64,000 bases of DNA from Candidatus Binatia bacterium (lineage in GTDB: Bacteria; Verrucomicrobiota; Verrucomicrobiia; Limisphaerales; UBA8199). Below are positions 33,406 through 43,633 of the stretch, piece by piece. Location of the stretch: contig DATMQA010000120.1 of NCBI GenBank assembly GCA_035566895.1, forward strand, positions 15,436 through 79,435, given 5' to 3'. Numbering within the stretch: position 1 is the stretch's first letter; the number at the start of each line of letters is the position of its first letter. Under the pieces are notes generated by a model. It was not told the origin of the DNA, did not search any database, and saw only the letters and a program-made list of their open reading frames with translations. The translations under genes and the position numbers were made by a program.

Positions 33406-35328
33406 TTACCTCGCTGGTGTCAGTTTAACCAAGACCACCCCATGCCGCGGCACTGAGATTTGGAACTGCCCGTTGAATGTGCCCAGGTCCTTTTGGCGCC
33501 AAAGGTCGCGCGCCACTTGTTTTCCTGTTAAACCGAGGTGGGCCCAATTGGCGGTCAGCATCGCCTCGTCCTCACCACGATTGAACAAGCCGACCGCTTT
33601 CGAGCCGTCCTCCAGTTCCTTGGCCCACACCTCCCACGAGTCTTCTTTGGCAACACGGCCCGCCTGGCGGCCCAGCGGGTCCTGGTTGACGTCAAGCACT
33701 TCGTCATTGGTGAGCAAGTTAAGGGTGAAATCGTCCAACCGGGTCATGTCGCAGCCGATCAGCAGCGGCGAACACAGCAGGCACCACAAAGAGATGTGCG
33801 TGTATTGCTCGTTGGGTGAGAGGCGGGTAGGCCGCACCTTGGCGCTCCAGCCGACATAGCCCACCACCAACATGTCGGGATCATTCCAGTGGCCCGGCCC
33901 GGCGAACTTTTCGTGGCCGGCCTGGCCGAACCCGATGCCGGACATGCTCGACCAGGTGTCGCTGATGTCGCCGGTGGTGCGCCAGCAATTGCCGCCGACC
34001 TGCGCGCCCCATTCCCAGACATTGCCCATGCCATACTGGCACAAGCTGAAGACGATATCCCGCGGCGCCTTGGCCAGCGCGGCACGCATCACCTGGTAAG
34101 GTTCCAGCAACTCCTCATGGTTGGGACGCGGCTTGATTCCGCCGTAGCTGCACCAATCATATTTCAGGTAATCGAAGCCCCATTCAGCATAACGGCGCGC
34201 GTCTTGTTCCTCATGTTTATAGCTGCCTTCGTGGCCGGCACAGGTCGTCGGCCCTGGCGAGGAATACAAGCCGATTTTCAGGCCCTTGCCATGAACATAG
34301 TCGGCCAGCGCCTTCATGTCCGGGAACTTCGGGTTGGACTGAACGTTGCCCTCCCCATCCCGGCCGGCCTCCCAGCAATCATCGATGTTGATATAGGTCC
34401 AGCCGTGATTGATGAGCCCGCTGGCGACCATCGCATCGGCGGCGGCGCGGACATTGGCTTCTTTCACGTCGCAACCAAAGCCGTTCCAACTGTTCCAACC
34501 CAGTGGCGGGGTCAGCGCGATGGTATCGCCGCAGACAATTTTGAATTCACGTTGAGTTGAACCGCTCGCGTTTTTGGCGTGCAGTGTGACCAGGTGAGAG
34601 CCTTTCTCCTTGAGGACTCCGGTGATGCGGCCGGTCAGCGGGTCCAATTGCAAGCCGGAGGGCAGGTTATCTGCCGCAAAAGCAATCGGACGTTGCCCCG
34701 ATGCCGGAATCGTGAAGAGGAATGGGGAACCGGGGCGAACACCAAAAAGTTTGGCGCCATTAATACGCGGCTGGGGCGAAGATTTGGGCGTCAACACGAC
34801 TGCCGGTTCCCGCGGTGGAGCGAACGCTTGCGGCTTGCCTTCGGTCATTACAATTTGCGCGTCCGCCCAGTCGCCGTGGTCATGGTCGATGCCATCACCG
34901 GCGTCGCCGACGCTGAGAACAAGCGTTTTTATGCCATGCAAGTCCACCGCGACGTGTTTGGCGGGATCGCCGCCGCGCATCACGCCGCTTTCCCAAAGGG
35001 TTTTGCCATCGCCAACGACCCTGAAAGTGATGCTGCCGCGGTGCTCCACTTCGTCATCAGCGCCCACGACAGCCGTAAAGCGTTCGGCTTTTCCGCCGAG
35101 GGCAATGCGGAACGTGCTGGTGGCGTGCGTGCCCAGGCCATGCTCGAACCGCTGCCCACCCAGAAGCAAAGGATGGCCCTCGACGGATTGATTGGCGTGG
35201 GGCTGGCCCCATTCCTGTTCGACCTGCTGGAGGTCGAGCGTCTCGAGGCCAAAGGTCGCTGCGGCGGCGGCGCCCGCAAGCGTGAAAGAAGCCAGTGCCG
35301 CAGTGAGAGGTGCTTTTTGGGTTAGCAT
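33406..35328 (-). CDS. Alpha-galactosidase (GH27) with N-terminal NPCBM-like carbohydrate-binding module
   Basis: Signal peptide. NPCBM-like LETLDLQQVEQEWGQPHANQSVEGHPLLLGGQRFEHGLGTHA. GH27 core PPLGWNSWNGFGCDV...WTYINIDDCWE...YLKYDWC. ATG at 35328 is preferred to the GTG at 35364. Confidence 0.88.
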   Translation of the reverse strand: MLTQKAPLTAALASFTLAGAAAAATFGLETLDLQQVEQEWGQPHANQSVEGHPLLLGGQRFEHGLGTHATSTFRIALGGKAERFTAVVGADDEVEHRGSITFRVVGDGKTLWESGVMRGGDPAKHVAVDLHGIKTLVLSVGDAGDGIDHDHGDWADAQIVMTEGKPQAFAPPREPAVVLTPKSSPQPRINGAKLFGVRPGSPFLFTIPASGQRPIAFAADNLPSGLQLDPLTGRITGVLKEKGSHLVTLHAKNASGSTQREFKIVCGDTIALTPPLGWNSWNGFGCDVKEANVRAAADAMVASGLINHGWTYINIDDCWEAGRDGEGNVQSNPKFPDMKALADYVHGKGLKIGLYSSPGPTTCAGHEGSYKHEEQDARRYAEWGFDYLKYDWCSYGGIKPRPNHEELLEPYQVMRAALAKAPRDIVFSLCQYGMGNVWEWGAQVGGNCWRTTGDISDTWSSMSGIGFGQAGHEKFAGPGHWNDPDMLVVGYVGWSAKVRPTRLSPNEQYTHISLWCLLCSPLLIGCDMTRLDDFTLNLLTNDEVLDVNQDPLGRQAGRVAKEDSWEVWAKELEDGSKAVGLFNRGEDEAMLTANWAHLGLTGKQVARDLWRQKDLGTFNGQFQISVPRHGVVLVKLTPAR

Positions 35329-35401
35329 AAGAATCAAATCAGCTGTGCGGAGAAGGAAAGTCACATGCAGCCACGAAAGTCAAGGAGGTCCCAAGCTTGC
35401 C

Positions 35402-37348
35402 TTACTTTGTCACCTCGACCAGCGCGACTTTGCCATCGAAATCTGTCGTCAGCACCTGCGTTGCGTTCAAGGGCACGACCGTGTTGAGCACGCCGACGCC
35501 GAGCTTATGCTGCCATTGAATGGCGCCGGTTTTGGCATCCAGCGCAAAGAGCAGGCCGTTTTTGGTGCCGTAAAACACCACGCCACCTTTCTCGGCCAGC
35601 ATCGCCGAATTGATATCGTAACCGAAATGGGCATTGCACTCCCAAAGCTTCTCCGGCTGGGAGGACGAGGTGGAAAACGCATAGAAAAAATCATTCATCG
35701 CGCGAACGTAAAATCGGCTCCGGTCTTCAGAGAGACCGATGGATTCACGCACGACATAATGGCCCGTGCGCCAGAGTTGCGCTCCGGTTTTTGCGTTGAG
35801 CGCGGTCATCTGCCGGTCTGGCGCAACGATGAAAACCTTGTCTTTTGCGGCAATGGGCCAGCAGGCGGCCGGGGAGAGCAACGTGCCCGGGCGGTCGCCC
35901 TTCCATTTCCAGGCGAGGGCGCCGGTTTTAGCATCGAGCGCATAGAGGTGCTGGTCCCACGCGCCGAAAATCACCTTGCCTTGATATACCAGGGGCCGGG
36001 TCTCGACAAAGCCGTTCAGGCCTGGGAATTCCCAGGCGAGTTTGCCCGAAGCGAGTTTCAAGGCGCGGAACTTCCCTTCGCTCGATCCCACATAAACCGT
36101 GCCATTCGCAATGCCCGGCGAGGCAACAATCGGCCGGCCGGTGGTATAGCGCCAAAGCTCCTTCCCATTGGCGGCTTTGAGGCCATAGATGTTGCCATCG
36201 GTGGATGTGACTGCAACAACATCACCGGCGACGGCAGGGGTTGAATAGACGGCGTTCTGCGTCTTGAATCGCCACCTCACATCGCCAGTTTTGACACCAA
36301 ACGCATAGACGATGCCCGAGGCGTCGCCGATGATCACCAGCCCCTTCCAAAAGGCGGGCGAGCTGGCGATGGTGTAGCCGGTCTGGAAACTCCACCGCTC
36401 CTTCACCTCCGGACACCGCGAATTGATTGAAAAATCGGGGCGGGGATATCTGTTGGTATCGCTGGCGTAATCATGTTTCTCCAGCACCACTGAGTGCCAG
36501 GCGGGTTTGGTCTCCTGACCCGTGACCCGTTCGCAAAAGGTCATGGTTCCATCTTTGACTTCAACGAGATTGAAGCCGCCGACTTCAGCTCGAGCGCGGA
36601 GGTTGGAGCGGCCCATAACTCCAGGCATTCCTTCAAACAGGAGCTTGTGGTTGGCATGACCGTGCCCGCACAACACCACCTGGGTGTTGTATTGCTTGAG
36701 CAGGTCCAAAACGATGTACCAGTTGGCGATCCCGTCATCGAGGGGATAATGGGTGATGAAGATGATGGGCTGGTTTTTGTCAGGAAGGTGTTCGAGTGTT
36801 TCTTTGAGCCAGTGCACGTCCTGCGGCGCCCAATGGCCATCCGCCATTTTCATCACCGGCCCTTCGTGCATCGCGATAAAACGAAACCTGCCGTGCTCGA
36901 ACACAAACCGGTCCTCACCCCAAAGCCGCGCAAAATCCGTCGCCCCGGACTCCGACCATTTGGTGTCGTGATTGCCGGGAACCAAATGGAAGGGGATCTT
37001 TACTTCGTCAAAAATGCTCTTCGCCAGCCTAAGCTGTTCAAGCGAACCGTATTCGGTGATATCGCCCGAGACCACCACGAAGCTCAAACCCGTCATTGAA
37101 TTGATGTCCCGCACGGTCGCTCGCAGGTCCTGCTCCCCCGTCGAGGAGCCGACGTGGCTGTCGCTCAGAAAGGCAAAACGGAACGGCTCGGCGCCGTCTG
37201 AAAGGGCCGGAGGGAACAGAAGGCAACAAAGGAAAAACCAGCGATTGAGCAGAACTTTGGCCACGGGTGCAAAAGTAGCGCGCGGGTGGGCGAGTGACCG
37301 GGCAAGCGCGCGGGAATCGGGCCTCGAATCTGTGGGGTTTTGCAGCAT
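35402..37348 (-). CDS. Calcineurin-like metallophosphoesterase fused to a PQQ-like beta-propeller
   Basis: The N-terminal half has FAFLSDSHVG, VVVSGDITEYG, VPGNHD and LCGHGH. The C-terminal half has repeated propeller blades (...G.VYA....TG...W.F). Confidence 0.8.
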   Translation of the reverse strand: MLQNPTDSRPDSRALARSLAHPRATFAPVAKVLLNRWFFLCCLLFPPALSDGAEPFRFAFLSDSHVGSSTGEQDLRATVRDINSMTGLSFVVVSGDITEYGSLEQLRLAKSIFDEVKIPFHLVPGNHDTKWSESGATDFARLWGEDRFVFEHGRFRFIAMHEGPVMKMADGHWAPQDVHWLKETLEHLPDKNQPIIFITHYPLDDGIANWYIVLDLLKQYNTQVVLCGHGHANHKLLFEGMPGVMGRSNLRARAEVGGFNLVEVKDGTMTFCERVTGQETKPAWHSVVLEKHDYASDTNRYPRPDFSINSRCPEVKERWSFQTGYTIASSPAFWKGLVIIGDASGIVYAFGVKTGDVRWRFKTQNAVYSTPAVAGDVVAVTSTDGNIYGLKAANGKELWRYTTGRPIVASPGIANGTVYVGSSEGKFRALKLASGKLAWEFPGLNGFVETRPLVYQGKVIFGAWDQHLYALDAKTGALAWKWKGDRPGTLLSPAACWPIAAKDKVFIVAPDRQMTALNAKTGAQLWRTGHYVVRESIGLSEDRSRFYVRAMNDFFYAFSTSSSQPEKLWECNAHFGYDINSAMLAEKGGVVFYGTKNGLLFALDAKTGAIQWQHKLGVGVLNTVVPLNATQVLTTDFDGKVALVEVTK

Positions 37349-37441
37349 GGGGAGATTGTCAGCTATGCCGCCGTAAAGTCAATCAATAACGGACAGGGTT
37401 AACCAAAGAGCGACCCATCCTCCAACCCGGAATTGAACAGC

Positions 37442-37497
37442 GAAGAAGGAAGACGCGAAGAATAAAATGGCCACAAAAGCACGAGAAGGCACAAGAA
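37442..37497. repeat. Unpaired half-copies of the intergenic repeat families
   Basis: GAAGAAGGAAGACGCGAAGAA (37442-37462) resembles the 7752-7819 arms. CCACAAAAGCACGAGAAGGCACAAGAA (37471-37497) resembles the left arm at 28611. No inverted partner lies nearby. Confidence 0.5.
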
Positions 37498-37565
37498 CAT
37501 TTCAGATCTTGCGGAGCTGTTGCGGAACTTGCCCTGTATTGGTCCGGAAGGTAAGCTTTGCGCCA

Positions 37566-38492
37566 ATGTCCGATCCGTATCACCAACTTCTCGACGCCAC
37601 GATTCAGCATCTCCAGGGCCTCAAAGCGCACGGGGTCCGTTTCGTCACCGTTTCGACCGAGATTTTGACTGGCTTGAGCCAGGGGCGAGAGACGGTTTCT
37701 CGCAAAAGCTCAGAAACCCCGGTCCAAAGCCTTGCTGCAAAGCCAACCGCTTCGGCGGCAGTCCCCATGTCCAAACCTGCGCTGTCGAAAGGGACCACCG
37801 AGCAGGCGCCGCTCCTCTCACTGCCCGGGGAGGCGCCCGCTCCGGCGGCTGGACCTGAGCTGAGCGCCGAAGCCAAAGCGGCCGCCTTTGCCGAATTGCG
37901 CCAGCGAGCCATGGTTTGCGTTAAATGCGAGCACCTGGCAGCGGCCCGCAAGAATGTTGTTTTTGGCGTGGGCAATATCAACGCCCAGCTAATGTTTGTG
38001 GGGGAAGCACCGGGAGCCGACGAAGATAGGCAAGGTGAGCCCTTTGTCGGCCGGGCCGGGGAGTTGCTCACCAAAATCATTCAAACGCTGGGCCTGAGCC
38101 GCGACACGGTCTATATCGCCAACATCTTAAAGTGTCGGCCGGATACGCCGGGCCAGGCAAGCGGAAATCGGAAGCCGACGCCCGAGGAAATGCAAACCTG
38201 CATTCCGTATTTGCACGAACAGATCGATTTGATTCGGCCGAAGGTGCTGGTGGCCCTTGGCGGTACGGCGGTGGAGGGACTCCTGGGAAAAACCGCCGGC
38301 ATCACCCGGTTGCGCGGCCACTGGCAAACCTACCGCGGCATTCCCTTGATGCCGACTTATCATCCGGCTTACCTGCTGCGTAACCAGGCCCCGAGTGAGA
38401 AACGCCGTGTGTGGGAAGACATGCTCCAGGTGATGGAGAAGCTTGGGATGCCGATTAGCGAACGGCAACGTGGCTATTTTCAAAAAGGATGA
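37566..38492 (+). CDS. udg: Family-4 uracil-DNA glycosylase with an N-terminal extension of about 120 aa
   Basis: CVKCEHL...[37 protein letters not shown]...[11 protein letters not shown] at 37566. Confidence 0.88.
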   Translation: MSDPYHQLLDATIQHLQGLKAHGVRFVTVSTEILTGLSQGRETVSRKSSETPVQSLAAKPTASAAVPMSKPALSKGTTEQAPLLSLPGEAPAPAAGPELSAEAKAAAFAELRQRAMVCVKCEHLAAARKNVVFGVGNINAQLMFVGEAPGADEDRQGEPFVGRAGELLTKIIQTLGLSRDTVYIANILKCRPDTPGQASGNRKPTPEEMQTCIPYLHEQIDLIRPKVLVALGGTAVEGLLGKTAGITRLRGHWQTYRGIPLMPTYHPAYLLRNQAPSEKRRVWEDMLQVMEKLGMPISERQRGYFQKG

Positions 38493-38521
38493 TGGCTGGT
38501 GGATGATGGATGATGGACCAC
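38487..38521. repeat. Degenerate 7-bp tandem repeat (GGATGAT)n overlapping the udg stop codon
   Basis: The units are GGATGAT GGCTGGT GGATGAT GGATGAT GGACCAC. The udg TGA (38490-38492) lies inside the first unit. Confidence 0.7.
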
Positions 38522-38593
38522 TCTCGATGCCTGCGGCCTCGGTGCCGTTTTCTGCTTGGGCCTCGCACGGGATCGCCCTAAATTCTGCGCCGC

Positions 38594-39565
38594 ATGGAAG
38601 CTGTCCGCCGCGCGGTGATTGACGTCGGCACCAACTCGATCAAGTTGCTGGTGGCGGATATTGCCGGCCGGCAGGTGGACCCCGTTTGCGAGGAGAGCCA
38701 GCAGACCCGGCTCGGGGAAGGCTTTTACGACACGCATCGGTTGCAACCCGGGCCGATTGCGAAAACCGGCCGGGCGGTGGCCGATTTTGCCGCGAAGGCG
38801 CGCGAGCACAAGGCTGCGGCTGTGCGCGTCATCGCCACCAGCGCGGCACGCGACGCGGTCAATGCCGCCGAACTCACCAGCGCCATCGAGCAGGCCAGCG
38901 GGCTAAAAGTCGAAATCATTTCCGGCGACCAGGAGGCGGACTGGGTGTTTCAGGGAGTGACGACCGATCCGGCGCTGGCACGCGAGCCCTTGCTGTTGCT
39001 GGATGTGGGCGGGGGCAGCACCGAATTTATCCTAGGCCAGGGAGCGGAGAAGCATTTTCGAAAAAGTTTTCCCCTGGGCACGGTGCGGCTGCTGGCAAAG
39101 TTGTCGCCCGGCGACCCGCCTAAGCCGGAGGAATTAACCACGTGCCGCCAATGGGTGCGGGAGTTTCTGCAGACGAAGGTGAAACCCAGTTTAGACACCG
39201 CCATTCAACGGGAGGTGAAACGACACGCGAACCAGGGGCATGCGCAATTGGTCGGCACCGGGGGCACGGCAAGTATTTTGGGTGGGATGGAGGCTAAGCT
39301 CGATAGTTTCGACCGGCAACGGCTGGAAGCAACGCGGCTGAGCCTTGAACGGGTGCGGTGGCAGGTTGAGCGGCTCTGGAGCCTCCCGCTTGAAAAGCGG
39401 AAGGAAATCACCGGCCTGCCGCCCAATCGCGCCGATGTCATCCTGACCGGCGCGGTCATTTACGAAGGAGTGCTGGAGGAATTCGGGTTTGGTGAACTGC
39501 GCATCAGCACTCGCGGGCTAAGGTTCGCGGCGGTGATGGCGGACGGAGGGAAGGAATCGGAGTGA
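38594..39565 (+). CDS. ppx: Exopolyphosphatase / pppGpp phosphohydrolase (Ppx/GppA family)
   Basis: RRAVIDVGTNSIKLLVADI, VIATSAARDAVN and LLLLDVGGGSTEF are ASKHA-fold Ppx/GppA motifs. Confidence 0.88.
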   Translation: MEAVRRAVIDVGTNSIKLLVADIAGRQVDPVCEESQQTRLGEGFYDTHRLQPGPIAKTGRAVADFAAKAREHKAAAVRVIATSAARDAVNAAELTSAIEQASGLKVEIISGDQEADWVFQGVTTDPALAREPLLLLDVGGGSTEFILGQGAEKHFRKSFPLGTVRLLAKLSPGDPPKPEELTTCRQWVREFLQTKVKPSLDTAIQREVKRHANQGHAQLVGTGGTASILGGMEAKLDSFDRQRLEATRLSLERVRWQVERLWSLPLEKRKEITGLPPNRADVILTGAVIYEGVLEEFGFGELRISTRGLRFAAVMADGGKESE

Positions 39566-39660
39566 CGTCGCCCGCCGTCACTGACGGCCCGGCACTTGCA
39601 TGGCAGTCGATAGCGGTTACAGTGCGTCAGGTTGGGCGGCATCGGGGCGTTTCGACCTGC

Positions 39661-40623
39661 ATGAAACGTCTTCACCTAATCGAAATTGAAGACCAGGATT
39701 GGTGCCCACGCTCGATTCGGGACGCGGTCACTGATTGCCTTCAATTTTCATTGGCCACAACGAAGCCCTACGCGGCGATAATCCCGGTTCTGGTTACCGC
39801 GCTTCAGCGCACCGGCACACGCCGCATCCTTGACTTGTGTTCGGGCGCGGGCGGGCCGTGGGTTTGGCTGCATCCTGCCCTGGTCGAGATGGGAGTGAAT
39901 GTGTCGGTTTGCCTGACTGACAAATACCCAAACCTGGAGGGAATTGGCCGGGCGAACCGCTCGACCAATCAGGCCATCAGCTATCGTCCTCAACCCGTGG
40001 ACGCGACGCAAGTTCCCGGCGACCTGACCGGATTCCGGACGATGTTCACTGGTTTCCATCATCTCGGCCCTGAGCAGGCATGCGCAGTGCTCGCCGATGC
40101 CGTTCGCAAGCGCCAGGGAATCGGAGTTTTTGAGGCCACGCAGCGTCGCCCCTTGGCGCTGCTTCTTATGCTGCTGGCACCGGTCATCGTGCTGGCTGTG
40201 ACCCCGTTCATTCGACCGTTTCGCTGGTCAAGGTTGTTCTGGACCTACCTGCTTCCGGTGGTGCCGCTGGTGACGCTATTCGACGCTCTGGTCTCGTGTT
40301 TGCGGACGTACAGCATCCAGGAGTTGCACGGCCTCACCACAAGACTGGGCACGAACGATTACCAATGGAACATCGGCACAGTGAAAGGCAGAATGACACC
40401 GATCCCGATTACCTACCTGGTTGGAGTGCCGATTGAAACAGGTTTGCCGCACACTTTGTCGAATCGGGCCGTGGCGGGCCATTTGGGACAAGGTGAACCG
40501 ACAAAGTACGCGATAAAGGTCGAAAAAGCGTTTCGTGGGGAAGTTTACTTGAGCACGGTGGTGCGTTCGCGCAGCCAGGCGAGGTCGGGGTTGCCGGGCG
40601 AGGGTTCGTCGTGGCGGTGGTAG
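39661..40623 (+). CDS. Class I SAM-dependent methyltransferase-like protein with an embedded transmembrane hairpin
   Basis: Motif I is [13 protein letters not shown]. Hydrophobic [16 protein letters not shown] and [19 protein letters not shown] at 39661. The 3' end overlaps the convergent gene by 79 nt. Confidence 0.6.
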   Translation: MKRLHLIEIEDQDWCPRSIRDAVTDCLQFSLATTKPYAAIIPVLVTALQRTGTRRILDLCSGAGGPWVWLHPALVEMGVNVSVCLTDKYPNLEGIGRANRSTNQAISYRPQPVDATQVPGDLTGFRTMFTGFHHLGPEQACAVLADAVRKRQGIGVFEATQRRPLALLLMLLAPVIVLAVTPFIRPFRWSRLFWTYLLPVVPLVTLFDALVSCLRTYSIQELHGLTTRLGTNDYQWNIGTVKGRMTPIPITYLVGVPIETGLPHTLSNRAVAGHLGQGEPTKYAIKVEKAFRGEVYLSTVVRSRSQARSGLPGEGSSWRW

Positions 40624-41345
40624 TCTGAGGACAAAGCCCGAATGGTCCGCTGATCCATCCAGCGGTGGCGCTCGACGTGTCCATCGGCAAACGCGAGCAC
40701 CCCGCCGCGATTATGGGAGCTGTTCGGGAAATTGAAAAAGCTGTCCTTAGTCATGTACATCCCGAAATACGGCCAGCAGATGCTGTCCGGGTTCACGTCG
40801 ATGAAGGTAAAAGTGCCCTGGGGCATTTTCGCGCTGAGCTGCGAATACTTGGTGAAAATTTTGTAAGCGGTGGACATGCGCGTGTCCCACGCGCCGAGCC
40901 AGCCCAAGTACGCATTGAGCGAATAGCTCCGGATTTTTGGGTAAGATAAGGTGAACACTTTAACGGTGCCTCGATCACTTGGGCAGACATAGACCTTGGT
41001 GTTCTGCAAGTAGTTGGCGAAGAGCGCGAAGCCGGGATCCAGGAGGTAAGTGGTATTGGTGTTGTCCTGGAGGTTATAAAAAGCGCCCTGGACCCAAAAC
41101 CTGGTAACGGTGTCCGGCGGGTCATGCATGCCGTTGGACACGAGGGAATCGTTATTGTCCGTTGCGTACATGGTCCACACCATCGCCAACTGTTTCTGGT
41201 TATTGGTGCATTGGATGCGCTTGGCGGCATCCTTTCCTTTTGCCAGGGCCGGCAAAAGCATCGCGGCCAGAATGGCAATAACGGCAATCACGACCAACAA
41301 CTCGATCAGAGTAAAGCCCCGACAGCCTGAATTCGGCCTGCGCAT
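40545..41345 (-). CDS. Prepilin-type N-terminal cleavage/methylation protein (DUF1559 / H-X9-DG type)
   Basis: [38 protein letters not shown]... and a C-terminal [12 protein letters not shown]...[13 protein letters not shown] at 41345. Confidence 0.85.
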   Translation of the reverse strand: MRRPNSGCRGFTLIELLVVIAVIAILAAMLLPALAKGKDAAKRIQCTNNQKQLAMVWTMYATDNNDSLVSNGMHDPPDTVTRFWVQGAFYNLQDNTNTTYLLDPGFALFANYLQNTKVYVCPSDRGTVKVFTLSYPKIRSYSLNAYLGWLGAWDTRMSTAYKIFTKYSQLSAKMPQGTFTFIDVNPDSICWPYFGMYMTKDSFFNFPNSSHNRGGVLAFADGHVERHRWMDQRTIRALSSDYHRHDEPSPGNPDLAWLRERTTVLK

Positions 41346-41498
41346 AAGGTCTTTGGAAAGGCGTTTTGAAACTTTATCATACGTCGGCGCGCTTAACAAA
41401 CGGTTTCGACCTGAAAGACCTGAAACGGGCGCATCTGCGGTACTGTGCGGTGAAATGCACACTTCCCTTTGGCGGCAGGCCTGATATATTTCTTGACC

Positions 41499-42365
41499 AT
41501 GACAGGGTATCGCGGACGGTTACCCGGCACGGGTTTCGCAACAGGCACGAAACCGGCCCTTTATCCAGCTTTCACGCTGATCGAACTTCTGGTGGTGATC
41601 GCGATCATTGCGATACTGGCGGCGATGTTGTTGCCGGCTCTCTCGAAAGCCAAGGAGACGGCCTTGCGCACCGCGTGCGTGAACAACGAGAAGCAATTGA
41701 TCCTGACCTGGGCACTCTATTCCACGGACAACCGGGAAACACTCGTGCCGAACGGCGGCGGACCTGTCAAAGGCAGCGCCTATCTTTGGGTCCAGGGGAG
41801 CAATCATGGCGATCCCACCACGCTGGAGAATGATCAATATCTCGTGGGCACCACTTATGCGTTGTTTTCACCGTACATCAAATCCGTGCAGACCTACAAG
41901 TGCCCTTCCGATCGGTCTAATTGGCCAGTGTGGTCGACCGGTGGAAAAAACGCGCCCGAGCTGCGGAGCTACGACATGAACAGTTATGTGGCAACTCCAA
42001 GCGCTAATGTGGAGTCGCCGCTGCAACTGAATCCTTTCTACCGGGATTATATGAAGACGGCCGAGCTGGCCGCCGATTTCCCGGCCAACCACTTTGTTTT
42101 CATCGATGTCAACCCTGCCAGCATTTGCACTCCGGCATTTGGAATTGATATGACCGGGGACGATTTCATTCATTACCCATCCACTTTACACCTGGGGCTG
42201 GGGGTATTGTCTTTCGCGGACAACCATGCCGAATCCCACAAGTGGCTGGATCCCAGGACCAAGAAAAACCTTGCGGGTGGAGCGCAGTATATTCCTCATA
42301 ACGATCCGTCGCCGAACAACCACGATCTATATTGGATTCGCGAACGGGCGACCTCGAAGAAATGA
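41499..42365 (+). CDS. Prepilin-type N-terminal cleavage/methylation protein (paralog of 40545-41345, divergent)
   Basis: ...[30 protein letters not shown]... and a C-terminal [12 protein letters not shown]...[13 protein letters not shown] at 41499. Confidence 0.85.
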   Translation: MTGYRGRLPGTGFATGTKPALYPAFTLIELLVVIAIIAILAAMLLPALSKAKETALRTACVNNEKQLILTWALYSTDNRETLVPNGGGPVKGSAYLWVQGSNHGDPTTLENDQYLVGTTYALFSPYIKSVQTYKCPSDRSNWPVWSTGGKNAPELRSYDMNSYVATPSANVESPLQLNPFYRDYMKTAELAADFPANHFVFIDVNPASICTPAFGIDMTGDDFIHYPSTLHLGLGVLSFADNHAESHKWLDPRTKKNLAGGAQYIPHNDPSPNNHDLYWIRERATSKK

Positions 42366-42453
42366 GCGAGGTGGCAAGACCTCGATGAAGATGCGCCGGC
42401 CCGGTATTGCTGGACCGGCCCGATTGTCGTTTCCCATCCGTTATGCTTTTCGG

Positions 42454-43473
42454 CTACTCCCGACCCACCGCCTGCAGCAGCGGGCGCAGTTCCTGCATCA
42501 GTTGGGCGAAAACTTCCAAGGAGACTTGCTGGGCGCCGTCGCTCCAGGCCTGGGCCGGATTCGGGTGCACCTCGATCAGGAGGGCGTCGGCGCCCATGGC
42601 CACGGCCCCCTTGCAGAGGGCTTTGACAAGGTCGGCGCGGCCAGCGCCCTGGCTGGGGTCGATGACAATGGGGCAGTGCGACTCGTTCTTGATGATGGGA
42701 ATGGCGGCCAAATCGAGAGTGTTGCGGGTGTAGGTTTCGAAGGTGCGGATGCCGCGCTCGCAGAACATGAGGTTGGCATTGTGGTTGGCGAGGACGTATT
42801 CGCCCGCCAGCAGCCATTCTTCGATCTTCATCGAGAGCCCGCGTTTGAGGAGAATGGGTTTGCCGGTTTTGGCGGCGGCGATGAGGAGTTGGAAGTTCTG
42901 CGCGTTGCGCGCCCCGATTTGGATGATGTCGGTGTACTCGGCGACGAGGTCGGCGTGATTCTCGGAGAGCAACTCGGTGATGACCGCCAGGCCGGTTTCT
43001 TTGCGCGCCTTGGCCAGAAGCTTGAGCCCCTTTTCGCCCAGACCCTGGAATTCATAAGGTGAGGTGCGGGGCTTGAAGGCGCCGCCGCGCAGGATGGTGG
43101 CGCCGGCGGCCTTCACGGCTTCGGCGGTTTTGAGCAACTGTTCGCTGCCCTCGACGGAGCACGGCCCGGCCATGACGTGGAATTTCCGGCCGCCGATGAG
43201 GTGTTCGCGGACCGCGACATGGGAGTTTTCCGGGTGGCCTTCGCGGCTGACGAATTTGTAACGCTTCTGCACCGGCATGACGCTCTCGACGATGTCGGGG
43301 AAGACCAGGGCCAACGTCTCGAGCGACTGGTGGGTCAGTTCGTCGCCGATAGCGCCGATGACGATGCGGGCGACACCGCGCATGACGTGAGGTTTGTAGC
43401 CTCGTTTTCGGATTTCATTCAGAACGATGGTTTCCTGTTTTTTGACGATGCCGGGTTTAAGGACAATGATCAT
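42454..43473 (-). CDS. 3-deoxy-7-phosphoheptulonate (DAHP) synthase, type I-beta with an N-terminal regulatory (ferredoxin-like/ACT-type) domain
   Basis: MIIVLKPGIVKKQETIVLNEIRKRGYKPHV... is the regulatory domain. It is followed by a KDO8PS/DAHPS TIM barrel (VMAGPCSVEG, ILRGGAFKPRTSPYEFQGLG, IQIGARNAQNF, DPSQGAGR). The ATG at 43473 is verified as CAT at 43471-43473. Confidence 0.9.
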   Translation of the reverse strand: MIIVLKPGIVKKQETIVLNEIRKRGYKPHVMRGVARIVIGAIGDELTHQSLETLALVFPDIVESVMPVQKRYKFVSREGHPENSHVAVREHLIGGRKFHVMAGPCSVEGSEQLLKTAEAVKAAGATILRGGAFKPRTSPYEFQGLGEKGLKLLAKARKETGLAVITELLSENHADLVAEYTDIIQIGARNAQNFQLLIAAAKTGKPILLKRGLSMKIEEWLLAGEYVLANHNANLMFCERGIRTFETYTRNTLDLAAIPIIKNESHCPIVIDPSQGAGRADLVKALCKGAVAMGADALLIEVHPNPAQAWSDGAQQVSLEVFAQLMQELRPLLQAVGRE

Positions 43474-43505
43474 ATTTGGTGTTTTGGTTGGCCGGAGGTC
43501 TCCAC

Positions 43506-43533
43506 AAAAAAACCGCAGGTGGGGGACCTGCGG
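43506..43533 (-). terminator. Strong intrinsic terminator 32 nt upstream of the DAHP synthase ATG
   Basis: In the minus-strand RNA: CCGCAGGU-CCCCC-ACCUGCGG (perfect 8-bp stem), followed by UUUUUUU (plus-strand A-run at 43506-43512). Confidence 0.8.
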
Positions 43534-43582
43534 CGGAGTTGGTGATGCGGGGTGTTTATGGTTGCCGCAAGCGCCAATCCGC

Positions 43583-43633
43583 CTAGCTGGTAAAGTAATA
43601 CCAGTAAGCGCTGGCAAAATTCTGACGGCTCAT
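43583..43633 (-). CDS. Candidate attenuator leader peptide MSRQNFASAYWYYFTS (16 codons, 6 aromatic)
   Basis: Codon-by-codon reading on the minus strand: ATG AGC CGT CAG AAT TTT GCC AGC GCT TAC TGG TAT TAC TTT ACC AGC TAG. It is not in the supplied ORF track because it is too short. Confidence 0.6.
   Translation of the reverse strand: MSRQNFASAYWYYFTS

Larger units (their letters stand above)
43506..43633 (-). promoter_or_regulatory. Putative ribosome-mediated transcription attenuator (segments 1-4) controlling DAHP synthase
   Basis: Segment 1 is UUGCCAGCGC (43617->43608). Segment 2 is GGCGCUUGCGGCAA (43575->43562). Segment 3 is GCCGCAGG (43534->43527). Segment 4 is the terminator 3' arm plus U7. 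Both 1:2 and 2:3 pairings are possible. Confidence 0.6.
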
